This document shows positions 28,512 to 37,916 of a stretch of 64,000 nt of DNA, in pieces (position 1 is the first letter of the stretch; each line of letters begins with the position of its first letter). Both the position numbers and the translations under genes were made by a program. The stretch comes from a bacterium (GTDB lineage Bacteria; UBA8248), in NCBI GenBank assembly GCA_965219955.1, contig OZ244799.1, positions 3,872,001 through 3,936,000 on the forward strand, in the 5' to 3' direction. The notes beneath the pieces were generated by a model. The model saw only the letters and a program-made list of their open reading frames with translations. It had not been told where the DNA came from and did not search any database.

Positions 28512-29199
28512 GGTGGACGGGCTCCACGCCTGCTACGGGGAGAGCCACATTCTGCGCGGCCTCGACATCGAGGTGCGCCCCGGCGAAATCGCGGGCGTCA
28601 TCGGCAGAAACGGCATGGGCAAGACCACGTTCCTGAAATCCATCGTCGGTCTGCTCAGGCCCAAGCTCGGGAGAATCGAGTTCCTGGAGCGCGACATCAC
28701 CGCGTCGAGGCCCGAGGCGCGCGCGAGGCTCGGCGTCGCCTACGTCCCCCAGGGACGGGAGATATTCCCGCAGCTCAGCGTGCACGAGAACCTCCTGCTG
28801 GGGCTGGAAGCGCATCCCGATCGACCCAGATATTATGACGAGGGCGTCTTCGAGCTTTTCCCGGTCTTGAAGGAGATGCTCGGGCGCAAGGGAGGCGTGC
28901 TGAGCGGCGGCCAGCAGCAGCAGCTCGCCATCGCCCGCGCCCTGGTGAGCGAACCCAGGCTCTTGCTGCTGGATGAGCCGACCGAGGGTATCCAGCCCTC
29001 GATCATCATGGACATCGAGAGCGTTCTGTGGAAGATCAAGGAACGCGGCGACGTGGGTATCATCCTGGTGGAGCAGTACCTGGAGTTCGCCTGGCGTCTT
29101 TCGGATCGATACTACGTGATGGAAAAAGGGGAGTTCACGGCCACGGGACAAGCGCAGGGCGAGTGCGACGCAGCGCTGCTCGACCGCCTGACCGCGTAG
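28504..29199 (+). CDS. urtE: Urea ABC ATPase
   Basis: Motifs [20 protein letters not shown] and [10 protein letters not shown]. Confidence 0.95.
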   Translation: MLRVDGLHACYGESHILRGLDIEVRPGEIAGVIGRNGMGKTTFLKSIVGLLRPKLGRIEFLERDITASRPEARARLGVAYVPQGREIFPQLSVHENLLLGLEAHPDRPRYYDEGVFELFPVLKEMLGRKGGVLSGGQQQQLAIARALVSEPRLLLLDEPTEGIQPSIIMDIESVLWKIKERGDVGIILVEQYLEFAWRLSDRYYVMEKGEFTATGQAQGECDAALLDRLTA

Positions 29200-29233
29200 C
29201 CGGTTTCAAGAGTTTTCTGACAGGAGGCAGGCA

Positions 29234-29539
29234 ATGCATCTGACCCCGAGGGAGCAGGAGAAGCTCCTCGTTTTCGTTGCGGCGGAGTTGGCGCAAAAGC
29301 GCCGCGCGCGCGGCCTCAAGCTCAATTACCCCGAAGCCGTCAGCATCATCACGGCCGAGGTGCTCGAAGGCGCGCGCGACGGCAAGTCCGTCGCCGAACT
29401 GATGCGCTACGGCGCGACGATTCTCACGCGAGACGACGTCATGGAGGGCGTGCCCGAGATGATTCACGAGGTGCAGGTCGAGGGCACGTTCCCCGACGGC
29501 ACCAAGCTCGTGACGGTGCACGACCCGATACGCGGCTGA
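29234..29539 (+). CDS. ureA: Urease gamma subunit
   Basis: [11 protein letters not shown]...LNYPE...[11 protein letters not shown]. Confidence 0.98.
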   Translation: MHLTPREQEKLLVFVAAELAQKRRARGLKLNYPEAVSIITAEVLEGARDGKSVAELMRYGATILTRDDVMEGVPEMIHEVQVEGTFPDGTKLVTVHDPIRG

Positions 29540-29549
29540 AGGAGAGCGA

Positions 29550-29921
29550 ATGATACCCGGCGAATACATTCTGGCGGACGGCGAGATCGTCCTGAACGAA
29601 GGGCGCGAGACCGTCTCGCTCCTCGTGGCGAACCGGGGCGACAGGCCCATACAGGTGGGTTCCCACTTTCATTTTTTCGAGGTCAACCGCCTGCTCGATT
29701 TCGACAGGAAGGCGGCCTTCGGCATGCGGCTGGACATCCCGGCGGGAACGGCGGTGCGCTTCGAGCCGGGGGATGAGAAGGAGGTGACGCTCGTCGCCTT
29801 TGCGGGTGCGCGCACCGCCATGGGGCTGAACGCGCTGACCGAGGGCGCGCTCGATTCGGCCGCCGTGCGCGAGGGCGCGATGGAAAAGGCCCGCGACGAG
29901 GGCTACGGGGGGGCGGACTGA
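29550..29921 (+). CDS. ureB: Urease beta subunit
   Basis: MIPGE...[13 protein letters not shown]...GTAVRFEPG. Confidence 0.98.
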   Translation: MIPGEYILADGEIVLNEGRETVSLLVANRGDRPIQVGSHFHFFEVNRLLDFDRKAAFGMRLDIPAGTAVRFEPGDEKEVTLVAFAGARTAMGLNALTEGALDSAAVREGAMEKARDEGYGGAD

Positions 29922-31633
29922 TGGCTTTTCGAATGGACAGGCGCGCCTACGCCGACATGTTCGGCCCCACGGTGGGGGACAAGGTGCGGCTCGCGGACAC
30001 CGATCTCTTCATCGAGGTCGAAGAAGACCGCACCGTCTACGGAGACGAGTCGAAATTCGGCGGCGGCAAGGTCATCAGGGACGGCATGGGGCAATCCCCC
30101 ACCGAGACGCGCGAAGCCGGCGCGCTCGACCTGCTCATCACCAACGCGCTGATCCTGGACCACTGGGGCGTGGTGAAGGCGGACGTTGGAATCAAGGACG
30201 GAAAAATCGCCGGAATCGGCAAGTCGGGCAATCCCCATTTGATGCAGGGGGTGGACATGACTATCGGCGCCGCCACCGAAGTCCTCGCGGGCGAGGGGAT
30301 GATACTCACCGCGGGCGGCATCGACACCCACATCCACTTCATCTGTCCCCAGCAGATAGACGAGGCGCTCTCCTCGGGCGTCACCACCATGTTCGGCGGG
30401 GGAACCGGCCCCGCCACGGGCACGAACGCCACCACCTGCACGCCGGGCGCGTGGAACATCGCCAGGATGCTCCAGGCGGCGGAGGCCTACCCCATGAACC
30501 TGGGATTCCTGGGCAAGGGGAACGCCTCGCGCCCCGGGCCGCTTGTCGAGCAGATCCGCGCGGGCGCGGTGGGGCTGAAACTCCACGAGGACTGGGGAAC
30601 CACGCCCGCGGCGATCGACTGCTGCCTCGGCGTGGCGGAGGATATGGACGTGCAGGTCTGCATCCATACCGACACGCTCAACGAGTCGGGCTTCGTCGAG
30701 ACCTCCATCGCCGCGTTCAAGGGCCGGACCATCCACACCTACCACACCGAAGGGGCGGGCGGCGGCCACGCGCCCGACATCATCCGCGTGTGCGGGGAGG
30801 CGGGCGTGCTGCCCTCCTCGACGAACCCCACGCGACCCTTCACGGTAAACACCGTGGACGAGCATCTCGACATGCTGATGGTGTGCCACCACCTCGACTC
30901 GAAGATTCCCGAAGACGTGGCCTTCGCCGAATCGAGGATCCGGGCGGAGACCATCGCGGCGGAAGACATCCTCCACGACATGGGCGCGTTCAGCATGATG
31001 GGGTCGGATTCCCAGGCCATGGGCCGCGTGGGCGAGGTGGTCATCCGCACCTGGCAGACGGCGGACAAGATGAAGCGCCAGCGCGGCGCGCTGGCCGAGG
31101 AAAGCGGCGCCAACGACAACTTCCGCGCGAAGCGCTACATAGCGAAATACACCATCAACCCCGCGGTCGCGCACGGCATCTCCGATTACGTGGGCTCTAT
31201 CGAGGTCGGCAAGATGGCCGACCTGGTGCTCTGGAAGCCCGCCTTCTTCGGTGTGAAGCCAGAGGCCGTGGTGAAGGGCGGCTTCATCGCCCACGCGGCG
31301 ATGGGCGACCCCAACGCCTCCATCCCCACGCCCCAGCCCGTCCTGGGCCGGCCCATGTTCGGCTCGATGGGGCGCGCGGTCGGCCCGACGTCCTACGCCT
31401 TCGTCTCTCAGGCGGCGGCGGAAGCGGGTCTCGGAGACGCGCTCGGTCTCACCAAAATCGTCGCGCCCGTCTCGAACTGCCGCGGGATCGGCAAAAAGGA
31501 CATGCGCCTGAACGACGCGCTGCCTGATATCGAAGTCGATCCCGAAACCTACGTGGTGAAGGCGGACGGAGAGACGCTCACGTGCGAGCCCGCCGAGGTG
31601 CTTCCGATGGCGCAGCGGTATTTTCTTTTCTAG
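29921..31633 (+). CDS. ureC: Urease alpha subunit
   Basis: Ni-site motifs [37 protein letters not shown] and SDSQAMGR are all present. Confidence 0.99.
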   Translation: MAFRMDRRAYADMFGPTVGDKVRLADTDLFIEVEEDRTVYGDESKFGGGKVIRDGMGQSPTETREAGALDLLITNALILDHWGVVKADVGIKDGKIAGIGKSGNPHLMQGVDMTIGAATEVLAGEGMILTAGGIDTHIHFICPQQIDEALSSGVTTMFGGGTGPATGTNATTCTPGAWNIARMLQAAEAYPMNLGFLGKGNASRPGPLVEQIRAGAVGLKLHEDWGTTPAAIDCCLGVAEDMDVQVCIHTDTLNESGFVETSIAAFKGRTIHTYHTEGAGGGHAPDIIRVCGEAGVLPSSTNPTRPFTVNTVDEHLDMLMVCHHLDSKIPEDVAFAESRIRAETIAAEDILHDMGAFSMMGSDSQAMGRVGEVVIRTWQTADKMKRQRGALAEESGANDNFRAKRYIAKYTINPAVAHGISDYVGSIEVGKMADLVLWKPAFFGVKPEAVVKGGFIAHAAMGDPNASIPTPQPVLGRPMFGSMGRAVGPTSYAFVSQAAAEAGLGDALGLTKIVAPVSNCRGIGKKDMRLNDALPDIEVDPETYVVKADGETLTCEPAEVLPMAQRYFLF

Positions 31634-31642
31634 GAGAGGGCG

Positions 31643-32086
31643 ATGATCCTCGTCGAAGAGATTCGGGGCAGGCTATCCGCCGATGAGAGCAGGCGCGTCG
31701 AGCGCGTGGCCCTGGGCTGGGAGGACAGGCTCAGGAGCCGCCAGAGGGTGCGCACCGATTCCGGCACCGAACTCGGCGTTAAACTGCCGACCGGGCAAGC
31801 TCTTGGAGAAGGCGACGTTCTCTTCGAGGACGAGGAGCGCGTGGTGGTGGTCGCCGCGATCCCCGAAGACGTGCTCGTCCTCTACGCGGAATCGGAGACA
31901 GAGATGGGCCGCCTCTGCTATCAGGTGGGAAACCGCCACGCGCCGATCTGCGTTCAGGACGGCCGCGTCCTCACGCCCTACGACTCCGTGCTGGAGGCGT
32001 ATTTCGTCAAATTGGGCGTCAGGTGCGAGAAGGCGAAAGAGCCATTCACGCATGATTTCGGCGCGTTTCACTCACACCACCACTAG
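31643..32086 (+). CDS. ureE: Urease accessory protein UreE
   Basis: Motifs R.R.RTDSG and GNRHAP, His-rich tail HSHHH. Confidence 0.92.
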   Translation: MILVEEIRGRLSADESRRVERVALGWEDRLRSRQRVRTDSGTELGVKLPTGQALGEGDVLFEDEERVVVVAAIPEDVLVLYAESETEMGRLCYQVGNRHAPICVQDGRVLTPYDSVLEAYFVKLGVRCEKAKEPFTHDFGAFHSHHH

Positions 32087-32089
32087 AAG

Positions 32090-32770
32090 ATGAGCGCCTA
32101 CCGGCTCCTGCAGATTTCCGATTCCGCCTTTCCGCGCGGCGCCTTCGCCCATTCCTACGGGCTTGAAACCTACGTGGCGGAAGGGGCCATCGCCTCTGCC
32201 GGGGAACTCGAAGAATTCATCGCGTCCGTTTTGCGTCACGGCGTGGCGACGCTCGACGGCGTCTATCTGCGCGAGGCGTTTCTGGCGAAAGGGGAGGGCG
32301 ACCTGCCGAAAGTCCTTGCGCTCGACGCCGCCTACGACGCCGCACGGCCCGTCAAATCGCTGCGCGACGCGAGCCGGAGCGTGGGCCGCCAGTTCCTGCG
32401 CACGGCGCGGGGTTTCATAAGGGATACTTTGCTGGACGAGTTGGAAGAGGAGGCGAGGGTGGAACGGACTTCCGGCCACTACCCGGTTGCTCTTGGCTGC
32501 GTCGCCGAATCCTTGAGTCTCGGTTGCGCTGAGGCCCTCGAATCGCTTTGCTACGGCGCGGTGTCCGGCCTGGTCTCCGCCGCCGTGCGGCTTGTTCCGC
32601 TCGGCCAGACGGAAGGCCAGCGCGTCATCTCCAATCTCGAAGGCGCGGTTAAAGAGGCGGTCGGGACGGCTACCGCGCTTTCGCTCGATGACGCGCACTC
32701 CTGGGGGCCGGGGCATGAGATAAGGGCCATGACGCACCGGAGGCTTCACACGCGCTTGTTCGTTTCTTGA
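32090..32770 (+). CDS. ureF: Urease accessory protein UreF
   Basis: Motifs [22 protein letters not shown] and RLFVS. Confidence 0.95.
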   Translation: MSAYRLLQISDSAFPRGAFAHSYGLETYVAEGAIASAGELEEFIASVLRHGVATLDGVYLREAFLAKGEGDLPKVLALDAAYDAARPVKSLRDASRSVGRQFLRTARGFIRDTLLDELEEEARVERTSGHYPVALGCVAESLSLGCAEALESLCYGAVSGLVSAAVRLVPLGQTEGQRVISNLEGAVKEAVGTATALSLDDAHSWGPGHEIRAMTHRRLHTRLFVS

Positions 32771-32781
32771 CGAGGAGGACG

Positions 32782-33399
32782 ATGATGGATAAGGCGCCCG
32801 TAAAGATAGGCGTGGGCGGGCCGGTCGGCTCCGGCAAGACCGCTCTTGTGGACAGGCTGTGCAAGCGGATGCGCGATAGGTACGCCATCGCCGTGGTGAC
32901 GAACGACATCTACACGAAAGAGGACGCGGAGTTCCTGACGCGGAGCGGCGCGCTCGCGCCCGAGCGGATATCGGGCGTGGAGACGGGCGGGTGTCCGCAT
33001 ACGGCGATCCGCGAGGATATCTCCCTGAACCGCGAAGCCATGGAGATACTCGCGCGCGATTTCCATCCGCTGGACATCATTTTCGTGGAAAGCGGGGGCG
33101 ACAACCTCGCCGCCACCTTCAGCCCCGAGCTCGTGGACGCGTCGATCTACGTCATCGACGTGTCGGCGGGGGACAAGATTCCCCGCAAGGGCGGCCCCGG
33201 CATCACGCGCTCCGAACTCCTGCTGATCAACAAGATAGACCTTGCCCCCCTCGTGGGCGCGAGCCTCGAGGTCATGGACCGAGACGCGCGCAAGATGCGG
33301 GGCGAGCGCCCGTTCCTGTTCACGAACCTCAAAGCCGAACAGGGCCTGGATGAGGTGATCGGCTGGATCGAGCGCGAACTCCTCTTCGTGGGGGCCTGA
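32782..33399 (+). CDS. ureG: Urease accessory GTPase UreG
   Basis: Motifs [21 protein letters not shown] and NKID. Confidence 0.98.
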   Translation: MMDKAPVKIGVGGPVGSGKTALVDRLCKRMRDRYAIAVVTNDIYTKEDAEFLTRSGALAPERISGVETGGCPHTAIREDISLNREAMEILARDFHPLDIIFVESGGDNLAATFSPELVDASIYVIDVSAGDKIPRKGGPGITRSELLLINKIDLAPLVGASLEVMDRDARKMRGERPFLFTNLKAEQGLDEVIGWIERELLFVGA

Positions 33400-34256
33400 T
33401 GCCGCTCGCGAGCGCGCCTGCGCCCTCACGCATCGGACGCCACGGCGTCGCGCTCGCGCGCTTCGCGTGCGCGGGTGGGCGGACGTATCTTGCCGATTCG
33501 TTCTTCAGAGTGCCGCTTCAAGTGATGCGCCCCCTCTACCCCGAGGGGGAGGCTCCCGCCCACATGACGCTCATCAACCCGACGGGCGGGCACGTGGGCG
33601 GCGACACGCTCGAACTCGAAATCGCGCTCGATGAGGGGGCACGCGTCCTGTGGACGACGCAGGGAGCCAGCAAGGTCTACAAGAGCCTGGGCGAACCTGT
33701 GGTATCGACGACCAGGATCGAGATGGGCCCGGCGAGCGGACTCGAACTCCTGCCCGACCCCATCATCCCCTATGGAAGCTCCATCTACGCGCAGGAGACG
33801 AGTATCTCCATGGCCAAGGGCGCGAAACTCCTCTACGGGGAATCGCTCTATCATGGCCGGGTCGCCTCGGGCGAGCATTTTGATTATTCGTCCTTGAAGC
33901 TGAAGCTCCATATCGACTACGGCGGCGCGCCCCTCCTGCGCGACGTGATGGAGGTAAAGCCTGAAGAATCGGGCCCCGAGCACCTGGGCCTGTTCGAGCC
34001 TTATCCTTATCTCGGCTCTTTCTACGTCGCGGGCGGCTCGGATGAAGAACTGAAGCGCATCGCCGAGCAGGTCGATTCGCTTCTTGCGCAGGCAACGGGC
34101 CTTGCGGGCGGCTGTACGCGGCTCACCGGCCCCGGCGCGCTCGTCCGCTGGCTGGCGGATTCGCCCGAAGTTTCAAGAAAAACCCACTTCGAAATCTGGA
34201 ACGTCGCCAGAAAAACGCTTTTCGGCCAGGAGGCGACGCCGCTCAGGAAGTTTTAG
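33399..34256 (+). CDS. ureD: Urease accessory protein UreD/UreH
   Basis: Motifs NPTGG..GGD, TTQGASKVYK, PDPIIPY and GR.ASGE.F. Confidence 0.93.
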   Translation: MPLASAPAPSRIGRHGVALARFACAGGRTYLADSFFRVPLQVMRPLYPEGEAPAHMTLINPTGGHVGGDTLELEIALDEGARVLWTTQGASKVYKSLGEPVVSTTRIEMGPASGLELLPDPIIPYGSSIYAQETSISMAKGAKLLYGESLYHGRVASGEHFDYSSLKLKLHIDYGGAPLLRDVMEVKPEESGPEHLGLFEPYPYLGSFYVAGGSDEELKRIAEQVDSLLAQATGLAGGCTRLTGPGALVRWLADSPEVSRKTHFEIWNVARKTLFGQEATPLRKF

Positions 34257-34386
34257 TGGCGCGCGGATGCGCGGTCCCGCCGAAAGCGGATTCGTGAAAC
34301 CTCCTGACGGGTCAAAATGCGATGGTTCTGTAGGGTCAGACATTGTGTGTTCTCCCCCTGCACGTCGTTTTGATTGTGAGCCGTAT

Positions 34387-34457
34387 GTAGGGGCCGCATA
34401 CATGCGGCCCATGACAGGACGGCGAAAAATCTTGGGTCGCATATATGCGACCCCTAC
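34387..34457. repeat. Inverted pair of GTAG-type REPs (second stem variant)
   Basis: GTAGGGGCCGCATACATGCGGCCC ... GGGTCGCATATATGCGACCCCTAC. Confidence 0.75.
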
Positions 34458-34477
34458 AGACCAAACCTGGCCGAGAA

Positions 34478-34494
34478 GGGGTTGTTGAAAAAGT
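34478..34494 (+). repeat. Solo family B terminal repeat
   Basis: GGGGTTGTTGAAAAAGT, identical to the end at 60578. Confidence 0.65.
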
Positions 34495-34642
34495 CCCCTT
34501 CCCCGAGGAGGGTTATCGAAAACCACCTCGAGGAGGGAGGGATTGCCGGAATCCAGAGCCGATGCGGCGGTGTGAAAAAACGACCTTGCAATGTTATGCT
34601 TCCGGGGATGAGCAACCATGAGCCGCAAAGGAATGGATCGCC

Positions 34643-36007
34643 GTGAACAGCATCACGCTCAAGAATTTCCGCTGCTTCAGAGAGGAACAGACCGCCCGCC
34701 TCGCGCCGCTGACCCTCCTCGTGGGCGAGAACAGTACCGGCAAGACTTCCTTCTTGGCCATGATCCGCGCGCTCTGGGATCAATGCTACCTGGGGCGAAT
34801 CCCCGATTTCAAGGAAGAGCCTTACGATCTGGGGAGTTTTGATGAGATCGCTCACCATCGGGGAAGAAGAGGTAGCCGGGCAGAGAGTTTTGAAGCAGGA
34901 TTCGATGATGTTCTCAAAAATACCCGCGAATTAAGAAAAAAAATAGACGTCAAAGCCCATCCCTACCGGTTCGACGTGGCGTTTGAAAAACATGGAAGCG
35001 CGCCGGTTCAAGGGAAAATGAGGTTTACGTGCGAGAGTTCGTGGCTTGAACTTCGTCGCAAAGAAAAGTCACGAGAAGCCAGTTTTGGGACGTCAAGCGG
35101 AGCATGGGGGGTTTCCGATTATTGGCTAAACCAAATCGAAGACGAACTAAGCTGGGTATATGGTCTTGGTTTCATTGCACCAGGGATTGCACATCGGGAA
35201 GACGAGTCGGAACCAATTCCATTGCAAGGTGACGAACAACCGACGGACGAGGAATTGAACCAGATTCAACAACTAGGGGGTATTCTTACCGCTATATTAT
35301 TGTCGCATGGCAAAAAGCGTTCATACGCCAGTTCGCCCGTTCGCTCCAAGCCGCGCAGAACTTACGATCCCGCGCGCCCGACGCCTGACCCCGAAGGCGA
35401 CTACATTCCCATGCATCTCGCTCATTTGTCTCACTACGACCCAAACAGGTGGAACAGGCTGAAAGAAAAACTCGAAGACTTCGGAAAAGACGCAGGCCTG
35501 TTTGATGAAATAGACATTCGCCATCTCGGAAAGAGGGACAGCGAACCTTTCCAATTACAGGTGAGAAAGTCCGGCCGCAGGCTGAAAGGCCCCCGGCGCA
35601 ATTTGATCGACGTGGGCTATGGCGTCAGCCAGGTGCTGCCCGTGATAACGGAGTTGCTGGAAAAAGATGCGCCGCCCATGTTCTTGTTGCAGCAGCCAGA
35701 GGTGCATCTCCACCCCAGCGCCCAGGCGGCTCTGGGCAGCTTGTTTTGCCAAGTCGCTAGTTCGGAGCGCCAATTGATCGTCGAAACGCACGGGGATTAC
35801 CTGCTCGACCGGGTGCGGATGGACGTGCGCGACGGCGTTTCGGACTTGAAACCCGATGACGTTTCCATTCTGTTCTTCGAGCGCGACGATTTGGACGTCC
35901 GCATTCATTCACTCGGTTTCGATGAAGAGGGGAATGTTCTGAACGCACCCACTACCTACCGGAAATTCTTTATGGAAGAGACGCGACGGTCTCTATGGAA
36001 ACGATAG
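34643..36007 (+). CDS. Non-transporter ABC-type ATPase (AAA_15/AAA_21 with a DUF3696-like C-terminus)
   Basis: Motifs LKNFRCF, Walker A GENSTGKT, VGYGVSQVLP, LLQQPEVHLHP and IVETHG. Confidence 0.9.
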   Translation: MNSITLKNFRCFREEQTARLAPLTLLVGENSTGKTSFLAMIRALWDQCYLGRIPDFKEEPYDLGSFDEIAHHRGRRGSRAESFEAGFDDVLKNTRELRKKIDVKAHPYRFDVAFEKHGSAPVQGKMRFTCESSWLELRRKEKSREASFGTSSGAWGVSDYWLNQIEDELSWVYGLGFIAPGIAHREDESEPIPLQGDEQPTDEELNQIQQLGGILTAILLSHGKKRSYASSPVRSKPRRTYDPARPTPDPEGDYIPMHLAHLSHYDPNRWNRLKEKLEDFGKDAGLFDEIDIRHLGKRDSEPFQLQVRKSGRRLKGPRRNLIDVGYGVSQVLPVITELLEKDAPPMFLLQQPEVHLHPSAQAALGSLFCQVASSERQLIVETHGDYLLDRVRMDVRDGVSDLKPDDVSILFFERDDLDVRIHSLGFDEEGNVLNAPTTYRKFFMEETRRSLWKR

Positions 36008-36028
36008 CAAGCGATAGGGACCTGATGG

Positions 36029-36502
36029 ATGTGCGCGATCGTAGACGCAAATGTAGTGCATGAAGTTTTCGGCTCCAATCTGCGACCGGCGGGAGAGAAA
36101 TTTTTCGAATGGATAGAAACAGGCAGTGAACGTCTTGTTGTCGGCGGCAAGCTGCGCGAGGAACTTGAACAGGGTTCGGAAGATTTCAGAATATGGGCGA
36201 GACAGGCCATCATTGCTCGAAAAATGAAAATCATCAGCAAGGAGAAAGTCGACGCCCAGACGAAAGAAATCGAAGATAATGTTGAATACAAGTCGAATGA
36301 CCCCCACGTTATCGCCCTGGCCCAGGTGAGCGGCGCACGCTTGCTTTACTCGAATGATGGAAATTTGCAGGAAGACTTCAAGAACAAGAACTTAATCGAC
36401 GGACCAAGGGGGAAGGTGTATTCAACCCGTGAAAGCAAGAATTTTCAGTCCGCGCACAGGCGGCTTCTCGGCGACAGGAATTTGTGCCGTCCGCCAGGAT
36501 GA
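36029..36502 (+). CDS. PIN-domain protein (putative ribonuclease)
   Basis: Acidic residues in IVDANV, EEL, SNDPHVIALA and YSNDGNL fit the PIN pattern. Confidence 0.8.
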   Translation: MCAIVDANVVHEVFGSNLRPAGEKFFEWIETGSERLVVGGKLREELEQGSEDFRIWARQAIIARKMKIISKEKVDAQTKEIEDNVEYKSNDPHVIALAQVSGARLLYSNDGNLQEDFKNKNLIDGPRGKVYSTRESKNFQSAHRRLLGDRNLCRPPG

Positions 36503-36597
36503 CCACAAGTAACGGGCGGACATTTAGGTCCGTCCCTTCGGAACACGGATTTCGCTTGTCATTCCGTTGTCTACCCCAATCAAGGAGAAGGGTTTGA

Positions 36598-36699
36598 CGG
36601 GCGGGACGCTACGCCGTTCGCCTGAGCGCCAATATGCGCGTCACATTCGGGTGGGACGACGACGGCGCAACGGATTTAGGTCTAGAGGACTACCACTGA
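36598..36699 (+). pseudogene. higB: 3-prime remnant of a HigB/RelE-family toxin
   Basis: Frame reads RAGRYAVRLSANMRVTFGWDDDGATDLGLEDYH*. It is preceded by an in-frame TGA, and its stop overlaps the higA ATG (TGATG). Confidence 0.8.
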
Positions 36700-37004
36700 T
36701 GATTGAGAGACACCCTTCCATCGACCCGGCGCATCCGGGAGAAATCCTGCGCGAGGACGTTCTGCCCGCCCTGGGCGTCAGCAAGACGGCGGTGGCCGCG
36801 GCCCTCGGCATATCCCGGCAGACGCTCTACGACATCCTGAACGAGAAGCAGCCGGTCACCGCCGAGATGGCGGTTCGCTTCGGGAAGCTCTTCGGCAACG
36901 GCCCGGGCTTCTGGGTCAACCTGCAGCGAAACTACGATCTGGCGCGCGCGGAACGGGCGGTGGACGTAAGCGGGATACCGACGCTCGAAGCGAGGGGTGT
37001 TTAG
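36699..37004 (+). CDS. higA: HigA-family antitoxin (Xre HTH)
   Basis: HPGEILREDVL...A.ALGISRQ...VTAEMAVR...FW.NLQ..YDL. Confidence 0.93.
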   Translation: MIERHPSIDPAHPGEILREDVLPALGVSKTAVAAALGISRQTLYDILNEKQPVTAEMAVRFGKLFGNGPGFWVNLQRNYDLARAERAVDVSGIPTLEARGV

Positions 37005-37059
37005 GAGGTTGCCCGAAGCGGCGAGCGAGAGCAAACGCTCATTCATCAATCGCGTTTGA

Positions 37060-37152
37060 CCTTCGATACGCGGCTCCGCCGCTACTCAGGATGAAGAAGG
37101 TGGGGGGCGGAGCTTGTCCCGAGCGACATCGAGGGGCCACTACTCAGGATGA
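37060..37152. repeat. REP-like repeat debris (CTTCGA...CTACTCAGGATGA, two copies)
   Basis: CTACTCAGGATGA occurs at 37082 and 37140. Confidence 0.5.
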
Positions 37153-37205
37153 GGGAAACGGGAAGGCCGGATTGCAGGGAAAACCCCTCAATGCAGAAAA
37201 TCCAC

Positions 37206-37422
37206 CGTCATTCCGGCGAAAGCCGGAATCCATTTTACGATTTTTGCTTTCGTTTTTGCATTTGACTCCGACTCACGGGAGGGAGCGTTGCGCCCGAATC
37301 CGGAACGGATGAGGCGGATATATATGGCGGCGTCCGTATCTTCCCCGGTCGGGAGAGAGTACGGCCGTGCGAAAGGCCAAAGACAAAGGCGAAAATGGAT
37401 TCCGGCTTTCGCCGGAATGACG
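37206..37422. repeat. Inverted pair of CGTC-type REP palindromes
   Basis: CGTCATTCCGGCGAAAGCCGGAATCCATTTT at 37206 and its exact reverse complement ending at 37422. Confidence 0.85.
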
Positions 37423-37505
37423 AACAAAGGCGAAGGTCAATCTCAAGCGAAGCGAGGCTTTTTCAACAACTCTCTCAAGGGGGTAATGATTTCTCCCGAA
37501 GGTTT

Positions 37506-37533
37506 GTAGGGACAGGTCGCGACCTGTCCCTAC
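37506..37533. repeat. Perfect 28-bp GTAG REP palindrome
   Basis: GTAGGGACAGGTCGCGACCTGTCCCTAC. Confidence 0.8.
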
Positions 37534-37556
37534 TGATAAATCTCGAAGGTCGGGAT

Positions 37557-37742
37557 TCACTCCCCCCTTGAGGGGGAGTCGATGAGGTAAGGGCGTAAGC
37601 CCGAAAGCGATTCGGTGGGGGGTATAATTCGGAATGGCGATAAAGCGTATTTTACCCCCCACCGAGTCAGCCTTCGCACAAAACGCTCGGCTTCCTCGTC
37701 GGGCTTTCCCCTCGGGAAGCCCGACCCTCAAGGGGGGAGTGA
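37557..37742. repeat. Family A hairpin-ended element
   Basis: Full ends and body match the copy at 60672. Confidence 0.9.
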
Positions 37743-37816
37743 AATTCAAAAACTTGCGCTCAACTAAAATCACTCCACGGGACTTTTTTTACCCCTCTAT
37801 CAAGGGGGGTGGTTTT

Positions 37817-37875
37817 GTAGGGACAGGCCTCCGTGCCTGTCCTGATGAGGGACAACCACGGAGGGTTGTCCCTAC
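37817..37875. repeat. Inverted pair of GTAG-type REPs
   Basis: GTAGGGACAGGCCTCCGTGCCTGTCC (identical to 6062) ... GGGACAACCACGGAGGGTTGTCCCTAC. Confidence 0.8.
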
Positions 37876-37916
37876 AACCGAGTCGCGCCCCCCAACACCA
37901 TAGCCTCCGCCTGCCC

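Noticed and set aside
36567-36698. N-terminal extension of HigA
   Set aside because: It overlaps the higB remnant in another frame; the ATG at 36699 gives a typical HigA length.
37005-37916. CRISPR or integron attC array
   Set aside because: The repeats belong to different families, are inverted and irregularly spaced, and there is no integrase or cassette ORF.
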